Origin: Iphione sp. A-MEVVRFRX5 | Taxonomy: Eukaryota | DNA length: 64,000 nucleotides | Assembly: GCA_976226885.1 (NCBI GenBank) | Contig: OZ320319.1 | Location: 27,094,001-27,158,000, forward strand | Reading direction: 5' to 3' | Shown: positions 48,379-61,200 of the stretch, in pieces | Layout of the letters: each line of letters begins with the position of its first letter | How positions within the stretch are numbered: the stretch's first letter is position 1 | Position numbers and translations under genes: made by a program | Notes under the pieces: generated by a model | What the model saw: the letters and a program-made list of their open reading frames with translations, nothing else | Databases searched by the model: none | Told to the model about the DNA's origin: nothing

Positions 48379-51300
48379 TAACCCAGTGAAGTTCTACTAA
48401 CCTTTGGGAGATATGATTGATTTTATCATATATATCATAAACATAGGTCTATATATTTTATAGCTCAGCCATTCACGTGTCTCATAGACCAATTGCTGAA
48501 CTCTGTGGGAATTTTTACCATAGAGTCTAGTTTGTCCTGTATCCAACTATGAGCCCTCTTGTATTCAAAATACGAAGTAAGTCCTAGGTGAAAGGTTATT
48601 TTATTTGTTTGTATATGTCACTATAGCGTGACATAAGGTGACTACATTTATCACATGGCTGAGGTTTTCATCTTTTCTTGCACGGTTTTCAGGATCTGAT
48701 CCATCTTTTACCCGTGCTTAAGCTGTCAACTGTTCCCCTCAAAGTAGGGCATCAGATGGTTATAGTATGGATTTCACATTTATGCTCCGTCCCATAATAT
48801 ATATAGACCGACGCTGAGGTATACATGTATATCGAAATGTAAATAATAGTCATCCTGTACAAACTGAAAATAACCTTTGTGCATTACATGTATGCAGAAG
48901 TATATATACGTCCCTGTGTATGTGTAATGTACAAACCTATAGGTGTAGACGTATATATACATACGTATTTAAATATCAATATTAACTCAGGGGACAATAT
49001 GCAAATGCAAGTATTATAAAAAAAATTCTTTCTGTTGTAAATTAATAGTTATTGGAATTAAGCTTATCACCAGTAATACTCCCCTCTTAAAAAAACAACG
49101 AAGGAAACAATGACAGAACCCAGACGAACACCGTAGGACTTCCCACGCGGATAGACCTTGAACCTTGAGCTGGTGGACGAACTGCATGGTAAACACTGAC
49201 ATTAGACTGATGACGGCCACCGATCTGACAGTTGGTCGGCAGGTTTCCGGGGAAAGTTTAGTGTGAGAAGATCGACAGCGGTGGGATGCGTAATCCACTT
49301 AGCGGACGTCGAACCCCCCTCCCTCCTTGTCTCTATCCCTTCTCTCTTATCCCCTCCCACGGCACTTTGCCCTCCCGCAATCTGCCTTGATTATTCGTTT
49401 TCTTCACTTAATCAGGACTAATTTTCCTTCATCCTGTCTTTTGTTCTTTCCTCTTCTCGCCCTTGTTTCCATTATCTTAGCCATGCAGTCACTCACATGA
49501 TGATTACTTTACTATCATTTTCCTATATCGATCCTTTCCGCTCTTCCCCCTGTTTCCATTTATGCCCATCTTAGAAAATAAACCTTTAGTCCTACACTGT
49601 CATTATTTATCCCGCCAGCCTTCACTCACTTTTATATCATCACGCCCTAAAGTTCTCAGTTTTTTTTTTGTTTTTGTTTTCCGGCGGGGGGGGGGGGGTG
49701 GCCGTTCCCAGCCTCAACTATGCCCCTTTCTTTCCCTCCGGTCCTCCCAATCCGTCCCTTTGTCTACCTGTCTTTCATTCCTGCCTCCTAGGTATGTTTT
49801 CCTGAAATTTCTCCAGTCGAATACTTGCACTCTGGGACCAACATCTCACATGCGTATGGCTCCACCGTTTTTAGCATCCTTATACTTTTTCTATTGTTCT
49901 CTTCCTTTCTATTAAACCCTTCTCTCTGCCCATCCCTGCCCTGCTCTCACCTTGGCACCTCCAATTTCTATGCACCGATCTCTATTCCTGACTCCTGTCT
50001 CTCCTTCACTGCTGTACTTCTCCATCTTCCGCAACCTCCACTCTCACCTCCCCTTATGTTAACCCCCCCCCCCGCACCACCACCACCACCACCACTGTCA
50101 GAGAGTCCGTTCCACCTCTCCATCCCCCCCCCCACTCGCCTATGTCTGCGTTGGGCCACGTTATCAGCACGCTGATAACAACGAGAGTGGATTGGTCACG
50201 GATGATTACCTCTGTCAGGGGTCTGCTTCCCGCCGAATCGGTTAACGTGCCACTGCTAATGCCACCTAGGGAGCGTGCTGCGAACTGGCAACTGCCCTAT
50301 CTACTCACATCACCTTTTTGGCGTGTTGGTGTCAAAACGTGTGATGAGATATAGGGGAAAGGCACTGAAAACTCACCAAAGTAGAGGTGATCGAGTAGGG
50401 TAGGAGGACGTATCTCTGTGTGGTATTGTGTTGGTTAATTTGCATACTACTGACATGCCTTCTTCTTCCGGGTCGGTAATTATACATGGATTTCATTTAG
50501 AATGTCCTCCGTCAATGCAATTAAAATATGCGAAATGGTCTTTCTTTATCTCTGTTGTCCTTCTCCTGAAATTCGTCGCTAATCTTGTCAGTCTCAGTTC
50601 ATTGCACGTCTGCTAGAAGGGGGGAAAGAGCGGGAAACAAACGCACCTCCAGACAAATGCAGGCTTGGAGAAGCATCATTGAGGGAGTATGCGGGAAAAG
50701 GGATGACCGCAGCCGACCGGAGTCGACCTCAGGGCATAGCAAACGCTGAGACAACGCAATAACGCACGTATGGAAACCAGCCCTGTATCTCTGTCTATGC
50801 CCCTCTTTCTCTCCCATTCTTTTTATTCCGTATGCATCAGATGTGTATGGGATTACTTCTTATATCCATGTTTATATCGTTTAACCACTTTCGAGCAGTG
50901 CGAATATCATAGTCCATGAAACGATACAAGAAAAATACATTTCTAAATGAAGCTCTTCCCCATCGCCTGCGTATCTTTCGAAGGGAGAGTTGAACTAATT
51001 TACACATACATGCATCTATATATGTATCTTTATTCGTGTCTTTGAAAGGTATTTTTTCTGGTTGTCCATTCTCCTCTCGTTTGTTTCGCTTCTTTTATCT
51101 TGTCCTTCTTATTCTTTCTGTGTGGTCTTTAGAATTTATTTGCCCTTCTCCTCACCTAATCTGCTTACTTCCGTTGTTAGCAGTACATCATTTCCTCACT
51201 ATTTATATAATTTTCTTTTGATTTCGTATTCGGTTTCTGTTTGTCTGAAGTTCAGTTGATTGGGTGCCTCTATTCTGTGCCCCGCGAAGTACTACGTTGA

Positions 51301-51979
51301 CAAAAAACGTGTAACCGTTGGGATTCTGGGTGTGTACTACATGTATATAGGTGTAAGTACTGTGTACTGCATGTACAGACCATATTTAAATAGATGCTCC
51401 TACGTGAAATTGTCTAGACATTCCAGAGAGAGTACTTAGAAGTACAGCGAAATCCAAAGGTCGATATACAGAATATAAACACAGAGACAAAAAGAACATT
51501 AACGAGAGGCAATTTTTCTACAATTTAAAAAAAACGTGACTGGATTTTGACGCTCTTATTCAAAAGCAAACATACATACTCGTTCTTAATCCACAGCCTT
51601 ATATACACATTTCGAATGTACACCACAAAATGTTCCATTCAGATACACATAAATGTATAAATATGCACTACGAGTGAGAGCAAACATGCACGTGTTTATA
51701 ATATGTACATGAGCACATGGCATGAATGCATGAACACGACTACAAGCACGTATATGAAAACTAGCCTACATGCCTGTATCTTCATCGTTCTCCATCTGCG
51801 TCTCTCCTCTCTCGTAAATGCGTCTTTGTTTAATTTTGATGATTCCCTGTGTGTATCTCCCGAACCTGTCCCTATTTTTTCTTTTTCCGTCTTTCACTTT
51901 CTTTTCGCTCTTTGTCGTTCCTACTTCCCCTTTTCCAGTTTCTGTTTGCTATAGAACATGTCCCCTCCTATACTGTCTC

Positions 51980-51982
<3 letters not shown>

Positions 51983-52056
<74 letters not shown>
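51983..52056. repeat. (TC)37 microsatellite
   Basis: Direct reading. Confidence 0.97.
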
Positions 52057-52060
<4 letters not shown>

Positions 52061-53666
52061 TATAAACCATTTCTTTCCCGCGCTTGTAAACACAACGTCC
52101 TTCACCAAGTGCGATCCGAGGTGGCTTTGATCCCTTTAGGGCGGCCATCCTTGATAGGATCATCTCTTGATCCCGCCAAAACGGGGTGACCTCAAAGTAA
52201 GTGCACTTAAGAGGATTTCTGTTGGGACAGTTACAGTTGCCATAGTGATGTGTGGAGGAGGATCCCCCTTGACCCCCTACCCCCTGGAGGTATATAGGCC
52301 CAGCAGGAGGGGGGTAAAATACCGTAGAATGTACAAGGTACATGTACAACCGCCTGGCGGTAGGCTGGCGTTGCCGGCCCAGGTGGTCCCTCTCCTCCCG
52401 GAGGCCCCGTCGGGCTCTCGTGGGTGCAAACACCCGCTCCGACATATATACAAGTACATATATATATATCCATGTATATATTCCCTGGAATATACGTAGG
52501 TTCACAAGCACTGGAAACACATAGGAGGGAAAGGATTCAACTACAGAGAGGTTATCAAATACATATACATGTATTCAAAAGAGCGACAGCATTTTCTCGC
52601 TTTGATCTCAATTGTTATGGTGAAATTTATGCTGATCCAAGAATTTTGACTCGTTTAAGTTTGCTTGCTACAGTGGTTCTTCGATGTTCGTCAAAGAACG
52701 TAGTTATTGCACAAAACGGAGAACTTCTCCGCTTAAATAGACTATTGAAACCCTCATAGAGTAAGTAATCTCACCAATCATTATATGGCTCTATGTGTCA
52801 CGTAAACTAGAGCTAATATACGTGTACATTGTATATGCAAACTAACGTTTAACCAAGACATAAATTTATAGGTACTTTTTGTCTAAAAGTAAATGTGTGG
52901 ACCGCCTTTTTTGATCCAAAGGAGTGAATTGTAATCGAGCAAATACAATGTGCGATAACCTGATCTAACTGGGATGTCAAATAGCTCACCTTATGATATC
53001 GTTACTCTAATACTATACAGACGAAAAAGCCAAATGCGCCGAGAGGTCTTCGTTATAAGCAGTGGTTTGATATCTTATATCCCACAGGGATATCGAAATG
53101 GGAGGAGGCTCTGCTGGTAAATCACACTGCATCAACAAATAGCTCTGCCAACGAATGCTAGCCTTTCCACGAAATGTAGATATTACAGATCAAATGAACA
53201 TACAATGTATTTTCATTCTGTGTGCAGCATTTGGAGACCGAACAAATAATTAAACGAAGAGTGGAAGGAGCAGAAAAGGTGAAAAAGGTATTATTCATAC
53301 AAGTATATGAAGGAAGGAAAAGAGGAGACAGACAGACAGGGACACGGAGAGAAGGATGGGGCACAAGGGAACAGAGAAATGAATGAAGTGTATCAGCGGT
53401 TCATTTTGGCGAGATTTTTAGAACAGATTTTTTCCTGTATTTCTTAGGAGGGTTCACACTGCGTCTCATTGCCCTTTGACATGCGAAAATGTCCCATCAA
53501 AATCACCATGTAAAAGAATTGATCGAACTCTAGGTTTTACTTGTCAATTTTTCATCATTAGAATTAATCCAAAAACGAAATGAATATCTCCCCCTCCCCT
53601 TAGACACTAGTAAATGTGCTGCTTTGTATTGTGTTGTAGGATTAGGTAATAAGGAAACAGTCTTAC

Positions 53667-54477
53667 TTTTGTCTAGGTTGCTGAGGTCTTCCCTCGTCGG
53701 TGCATGGCCTGCTTGTGTAGGTGCAGGCGGTGCTAAGGGGCTGCTGTTGGCGAGTCCGGCGGGAGGAGAGGGAGGACCGCCCGGTAGAGAGAGCCCGAAC
53801 TCGGCGCCTAGCCGGGCCAGGGTGCTGGCCGTCAAGTCGCTGTACGGGCTGTAGGCAGGTGGGGGCGGCACGGTTCCGGGGCCACCTCCCCCGGCGCTTC
53901 CACCCCCGGTCGTGGCTCCCGGCCCGCCGGTCGTTGCCCCAGGTCCGCCCGGTCCGGAGGTGCCAGGGTGGTGCATGAGGGACCCCGTACTACCATACTC
54001 ACAGGAGGACACGGCTGAACTGACACTGGAGATGCTCTCCTGGATCTGTTGGAGCATTGAAGATGACTGACTGATCCCTGGCAGTCCGGGAACCATGGAG
54101 GACGAGTCTGCAGCCATTGTCATGGAGTGGTGGTGGTGGTGAGGTGCTCCTGTGAGGTGGTGCGTGCCCAGGTGAGGATGGTGGTGGTGGTGATGCCCAT
54201 GGTGGTGGTGGTGATGGTAGCCCGACCCTCCACCGCCGGCGTGCGCGCCGCCTCCTGCTGCCGCCGCCGTCGCGCCCGCCGCAGCCGCCGCCGCTGCAGC
54301 CGCCGCCGTCGCTCCCTGGTAGCTCATTGCTCCCTGCTGGAAATCCAAAGCACAGTTGGCCTGGTCAGTAAGGTTGAGGATGTTCTTGACGGAGAAAGGG
54401 GTTGGCAGCGCGCCGCCGCCGCTTACAGAAGCCAGCAACGACGCCGAGTCTGTCTCCATACCCCCGAGCACATACAT
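53667..54477 (-). CDS. NK4: NK4/tinman homeobox gene, coding exon 1: TN/eh1 domain, poly-Ala, poly-His and Gly/Pro-rich tracts
   Basis: TN motif TPFSVKNILNL (54402-54370). Donor GACAAAA|GTAAGA at 53667/53666. 811 nt gives phase 1, matching exon 2, for a 507-aa protein. The start could instead be the second Met (54459). Confidence 0.92.
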
Positions 54478-54699
54478 ACAGCAGGCGAGTCACTGGCTCA
54501 CACAATGATACGGCTCGCCCAAATCACCCCAATCCTCCTCTCAGATTGTCCCCAGTTCTCCTCAAACCTGCTGACAAGGCGCCTTCGAAAAGGTCCGAAG
54601 ACCCTGGAATCTACCCCTGTAGTAATCTCCTCGTTTCTAAAGACAATAAGATCCTCCGCCACAGGTCTCTCCTGTCTGTGTCGGTTATTGGAAATGGTT

Positions 54700-54860
54700 C
54701 AGACCAAGCTCTCGGTGTGGTTGGGGAACGGACAAAAGTAACAGGGCCGGCGCCTGGCCCGTGTTACTGGTCTATATGAGTGCAAGGTCCGTTCTCTTGC
54801 CTCCCCGCGTCCGACTGTCTGTCCGTGTGTCTGTGTCTGTGTTGGTCTGGTGAGTGAGAG
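54700..54860 (-). promoter_or_regulatory. Probable proximal promoter region of NK4
   Basis: GC-rich block about 250-350 bp upstream of the ATG, with weak TATA-like CATATAG (54778-54772) and GGCGCC. TSS not determinable. Confidence 0.3.
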
Positions 54861-57800
54861 GGCTGGCGGAAGAAAACTAGGATGAGGGAGTGTTGGAGGT
54901 CGGAGAAGTACAACTGGGAGCGCAAGTCCGGTCCACGACGCGTGCTGATAGTGTGGGAGGGATGGCAGGAGAGGAGAGGAGTGAGAGAGAAAGAGATAGA
55001 GAGTATACGCGGATGTCAGGCTGGCCGGTCAAAGTGTGCGACTCGTCAGGTCGACCTGTCTTCTACGACTGAAGCCTGGATGGATGGATGGGAGGGTGCG
55101 TTGGTAGATGGCTGGGTGCATGGGCGTCCTAGCTGCCCTACCCTCCCGCCCTCCCTCCCAGTTCTCCCCACGTGCGTCTGTATGCGTGCGCGTTCGTGGG
55201 TGTGTGCTGTCTGCGTCGGCGCGAAATTACTGGATGATTCAGCTAATTTGTATATGCATATGCTTTATGTATGTGTGCATGTATGTGCGTTCTACCGCAC
55301 ACACTACTACTCATTCCCTTCTCGCTGGTATAGACGCGTCTCAATGTGCGTACATACAAGTATGTATAATGGACATGTGTTCATGATTATCCCACCCTAA
55401 TTGGTTGTTTTGTGATTATGAGTGAGACCATTTGGTAGATGAAAAAGTGTTTTACATGTGGGTGTGTATGTGTAGTGAGTGGTTTAGAAATGAGCGAGTT
55501 TTTTCTGTGGAACTATAGGTATAATTATGTTGGCGTTGGGTACATAGCGCTAGAGCATTTGGTGCGTTGTTCGGTCGCATGCCATGGTTGGATATGTATA
55601 AATGTATATATGTGTGTGTGTGGATAGGTGGGAGGAGTGCTCTGACGATCTTTCAGCAGAGCCCTGGAGAACTCTGCACACAGTTTGGTCGGGCGGGCCA
55701 CTAGGCGGTGACGGTGACATCGGCGGGAACGACAGCGTGGCAGCGACGCCAGTGTGGATTGGCAGCAGGTCAGCGTGAGAGGTGCTGCAAGGAGCTGCGA
55801 AGAGGAGTCAGACAGGGAAGGGGATGGTGGGACGGCAGGAATGAACTGAACGACAAGGGGTTGGAGGGGGTGCCAGATGCTGACATGGAAGGAAGGCAAG
55901 GGATATATGCATTCATGTACATGCATATGGAAGGAAAATGGAAGAGAAAAAAAGCGAGAAAGCAATGCTACAGGCAGATGGACAGCACAGATATAAAGAT
56001 AGAAAAGTGCGTGCAAAGATAGGAGGAGATGAGATAAATGAATGAAGGATTTGTGTTAATGTAGCGGGGGAGGAAGTTGGCTCGGCGGCGTTTGCTAGGC
56101 GGACAGTGAGGGGTCTGTGGCGGGTGTTTACAGCAGGGTCGCCACTCTGGCTGCGGCCTTCTACCTCAGGCATCGCGCCAGTCCCGCTGGTTTGGCTCTT
56201 CTCCTCCAGTCTCCTCCTCCTCCTCCTCCTTGATTCTCTTCCCCTCCTCCTCGTCCACAGCTGCTGTCGTCCCCTTAACGTACACACGATACACCAACCC
56301 ACAGCCCCCCCCCCCTTCCCGCGCCACGGAAACACAGATTCAAGATCAACTCTCTCTCCCTCTCTCCCTGTCTTTCTCTCTCCCTCTAAAATTCTCGAAT
56401 CCACATCCCTGAACCCATTCTTTCGTTACTCTAAGCAAACAAAAGTGCCACAGACTTCATGCATTCATAGTTTCTTAGAAAACACTGAAAGACGTAAGCA
56501 AACGCCTTAATTTTCCTGAAGAGATGCTAATTGAAATCCTACTTTGGCATTTCTTCTTGCCTTTGTCAATCAACCACGTGGTCGGCTCATACACCTCTTG
56601 TAATTCTACTTCAGCATCGCGCAAGGTTTCACAAAATTGTCATTCGATTTCATTCAGTTCGCTACACCTCATTTTTGAAATATAATTCATAATGACTGTT
56701 CCTAATGAAATGTTAACAGATTGGGCTCCCTAGCTCTTTATGACGTTTGGAGTCAGAAACATTTGATATATTACTTCTTCAGTGCCTACAATAACTTACT
56801 CGTAGAGATGGCGGGGGGGGGGTTGCCTTAGAGGTCGTCTGCATTTTGTAAGCCCATTTTGTTTAAAAGTTGTCTGCCTTTTGTAACTTTTGTCTTTATA
56901 CGAAGTGACGGATCCATGGGGGACATCGTGCAAGAACAACTGGCGACGGCTACCGTCACCGCGGTAATCAATTACCCCTTTCAGGAGGGAGGGGGTGGAA
57001 TGAGGGGTTATTGTTTTAGTAGGACGGCCACGTGAAGTCGTCACAGTGTCTCCAGACAACTTGCACCATGGCCGGCAACAGTGATCCTGACTTGCACTAA
57101 CATCAACTAGCACCATACACGAACTCCTCCCGTCCCATCTTGAATATATCCTCCTCAGAACTGTTATCTCACAGGTGTTCTTTTAGATTCACTTCAAACA
57201 CTATGAAATATAGCGAGAGATATATGGTGGGCTGAAACTGAAGATGGCGAAGGCTCACTTTTGGGGATTGGCAAAAGTTACCTATGATATAAGTTGAGTG
57301 TGAATGTGTGATAGTGCGAGTTGGTTTATTGCCCAAACTACAAGGTGCAAGATAACTATACAAAGCCATTTCTTTTCCCTTGGGGGGCAATATTTCGGTG
57401 TTTCATATCCAGGTAGATGTATATGTTAATAAACGTAGGTCCTGGGACAATGAGCACCATAACCAATTCGCGACATAACCAATTCACGCCAACACCAACT
57501 CACTCCTCTGCGCCCGAAGACGCATAAAATCTTAGATGTCTGTAGAATTCGGAATATTTCATCTTAGACTGATAAATTTGCAGTAGGCATTATAATTGTT
57601 CTTCGCATCCTAAAATAACGACAATTTGTCATGCAGAAGTTGAATTATGTTGGCCTAAAGTTAGCAGGGTGTGATCCGGTGCAACAGCCCGCTTCGGCGA
57701 TGACGCGAACCGGCGATGGCTCAAGACGGCTATGGTGCGAGATAGTTTTCGCGCAAATTACCACTCTTTTGAAATATTTCACTTCTTCTGGCGAAAATGT

Positions 57801-58191
57801 TTACATATATATAGTATCCCTTGAAAGTAACAATTCATTTTGAGAACGTACATCATTCATGTGAAAGTCAAACGTTGACAGCTTTGCGTCTGTCGTACAC
57901 ATCATAGAATTTAAATTAGTTTGTTACATAACCACAACTCGCTGCATTGTTGATAAGGATAAAGTGAAATTCCACTTTTAACAATTCTGAAGTTTAACAT
58001 GAAACAAGCCTTCACCTGAAATGTGCGGGCCCTTTTATGACATGTGTCACCGTAGCACTACTAAACACAATTAAAAAAAAGAAGTTACTGGGAACTATAT
58101 ACACAATTATATTTCGTGTATATACATGTATGTGCAAGGAAGGACGTTATTCATGTGATTAGAACTTGAATGTAATGTTTATATACAAGAA

Positions 58192-58195
<4 letters not shown>

Positions 58196-58259
<64 letters not shown>
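58196..58259. repeat. (AG)n microsatellite
   Basis: Direct reading. Confidence 0.97.
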
Positions 58260-58262
<3 letters not shown>

Positions 58263-61200
58263 AGGGAGAGAGGAAGAAAGAGTTTCAGCGTGGTGTTTGG
58301 GGTTGGTGTTTCTTATGGGAGCAGCTCGAGTCACGCTCACGGATCTGGCCAATACTAGTCAGCTGCTCCACATTTCGACCTCTTGTGGTCAGCCCCACTT
58401 ATAACCGGGAGAAGTACAGTAATCTATTGGTGTATATGACTCTACATGCCATGCACCCTGTCCTCCCGCGATCCTTCCCCCCCCCCCCCCACACACCTCG
58501 CCTCCCACCACTATAGTCCTCCTTACAGGAGTTCATTGTCTCCTCGCCGACCGCGGTCGTCGGCGATCGACGCCGGCCGCCGTCGTTGACATGAGCCAGA
58601 GACGCCGCCGCCGCCGGAAGCGGGATCCCGCTGGCGCCAGGGTCCCACCGGGAGTTTCCCGGGGGCTGGCATGTGAAGGGTCTCTATAGAGAGCGGTATA
58701 TAGAGGAATCGATAGGTCAAACGAAGCAACCTGGGAGGCTGGACAATGGGGGAAGATGAGTAGTAATGAGAAACGATATTGCTGTTGTAGGTGGTGGGAA
58801 GGCTAGGGATGTCAGGAAAAATCCAAACGGACAAGAGGTACCGAGAGTGCGATATTGGGTATTATGCTGTGGAGCATTAAAGTGTCCCGTACAAATGTAT
58901 TGCCTGTCAGGAAACGGGGAAGTGTATAGAGTATTGGATGTAAAAGTGGTGTGTACTAGAGAGTTAGAGAGGATGCATGAATCGGCTTGGCGCATGTTTG
59001 GTAAAATTCTATTGAGGCTAGGCATGGGGGATCTATAGAATCGCCTGGATATATGTTTGATTTGGTGAGGTAATCTCTTTACATCAGTCACTGTTGATAC
59101 TAAAGAGGCGTACTTTTCCCACAAACTGTGTGAATGATAACGTTACATTTACAAACCCAAATGAATGCAGGGAATGTAGTGGGTTTTTTTTGTTTGTGTT
59201 GCACATGCAATTTCCCACCGTTTCCTATCATTTCTTGCGATATCAAATTTACTGTCATTTCCCTGCAGCTTTTACATAAGTTATTGTGTGAATGTAGCGC
59301 TTGTATGTACTTCATGTGTTTTTGTAAACAAAAACAATAAAAGCTAGCCACAACTTTGGAAACTTTGTATTTTGGTATGAAAATGTGATTTAAGTGAACC
59401 ATAATTTTAGAAACTGTGAGGGTTTCATGCTAGTACATATAATCGGAAAATCAGGTAGATTTTTAGATGATGTCCACCCTCCACACATACACATAGGTAG
59501 CCTACTTCTAACCTTACCTTCCATATCCTACTTACTGATTTGCATGCGTTTATGTGAAGTGGACACTCACCTCTGGGCACCCATTTTCAGTCCCAAACAC
59601 TAATTTTACTGGACATGCAGTGGACAATATGACCAAGCTCGAAGTAGTGAGGTGGCGAGGAGCAAGGTAACAGTGTTTGGCACATCCAAACTACCCACAT
59701 CTGGGGAAGGTGGGAGGGACAGGCCAGGGGGAGGGATGAGCTGTCTCTCAGATTATAGTAGAGAAGGTGAAAGGGACACCATTTCCAGGTTTGACCCCGC
59801 TACTGTATCTAAAGTATCTGAAGTTAGGTGAGAGAAAGGGAGAAGGGGTAGCTCAGCCACAGCGGATACCCCTTCTATGGACACTTTTAGTAAAGTCCTC
59901 AACAATGTCCGCTGTAGAGAGGTTCTTTTTCCATCAGCTACACAGTCCAATTAATCATAGCAGTTGCATGCATGACATTGGCACATACATTGTATTGCTT
60001 TCTGTGTGATCTATAGGAACAGTGAAATTAGAGTTTAATTCTTGGAATAATGGAAAAGAGGTTTGTGATTAGGTGTAAGAAACATGAATATGAGACTTGC
60101 ATTTAGGCTGAATATGTATGTACACATATCTGTATTTAGGTATAGATATATGTATACATCTGGTGTGATAAAAACAGCAATCTTAATGGGGATAGTTATG
60201 AATCTATGACTTCATTTTGAATGGAAGAGAAAAGGGCACTGTACGGGAGACCAGGCTAGTTGCAACATTTTTTGCCTCGTACTTAGTTGTCTTTACATTT
60301 GAGGATAGCCTAGAATTTTGCAGCCATGAAAACATAAGGCGATAATGACATTAATTACTGGAGCCATGTAAGTCTTAAAACATTTCACTGCTACCTGAGA
60401 AATCATACTCTGATTCATAAAAATAAAACTGTGTGGATCAATCTTGTGCCTGGGGTTGGTTAGCACACTTGGTAGAAATGCTAGTACAACATCTAAGGAT
60501 GTCTTCCGTTATATATTCAATGTTGTTACAGTGTTACTTTGGTTTATAGTATGCATTTTTCTAGTAGTTCTGGTTTCTAGTAGTGTAACCATTTGAAGGA
60601 ATCAAAGAGTACATTCTTCCTCCCACCAGAGTTTCGACTTCCAAGCCCATGACAACTTTTATATGGCTGTACAAAGAGCCGTGTTTCCGGGGTATGGAGC
60701 CCTTCGATGTTCATTAAATCGTCACCATATTAGAGATTAATGGAAGCACTGGGTATACACCTGGTAGCAACTAGCAATTTTTGGCTGCATGTGGAAACTC
60801 ATAATTAAGATAGGAAACCATTTTATCACGTATATAGAAGATGTTAAGTAATTATTGTCAACTTATGAAATGTAACAAACTTACATTATAATTGGATTTT
60901 TCATTGTAAATTTATGACAGCATAGAAAATGCTACTGAAAATTTGTGCAACAGTGGCAAAGACAGAAGATAAAATGGAAAGCTACAGTAACTCCACTGTG
61001 GAAAAAGAATTAGAGAAGTGTTCCAGTCTACCCCTGTCACCAATGGTCCTGGTCTCCCTGTGCATACATGTAGACATGTACATTTTTTCCCACCAACATT
61101 TTAGATACCGGGCAGACTCTGTATACCTCTTACTTTCCTGTTAGTATAGTTTGTAAGAAAGAAAATTTCTGTGTGACTGGTGCTTTCTAAATGCATACAC

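Noticed and set aside
51818-52189. ORFs with SL/ER or HSLT repeats (also 23083-23364, 58166-58516, 62652-62995)
   Set aside because: Translations of microsatellites.
53530-53666. C-terminal extension of the 315-aa ORF (SKTVSLLPNP...)
   Set aside because: Read-through past a strong GTAAGA donor into AT-rich intron; the spliced product restores the NK4 architecture.
53624-54779. Plus-strand ORFs opposite NK4 exon 1 (and 38530-39152 opposite exon 2)
   Set aside because: Antisense shadows of low-complexity coding sequence.
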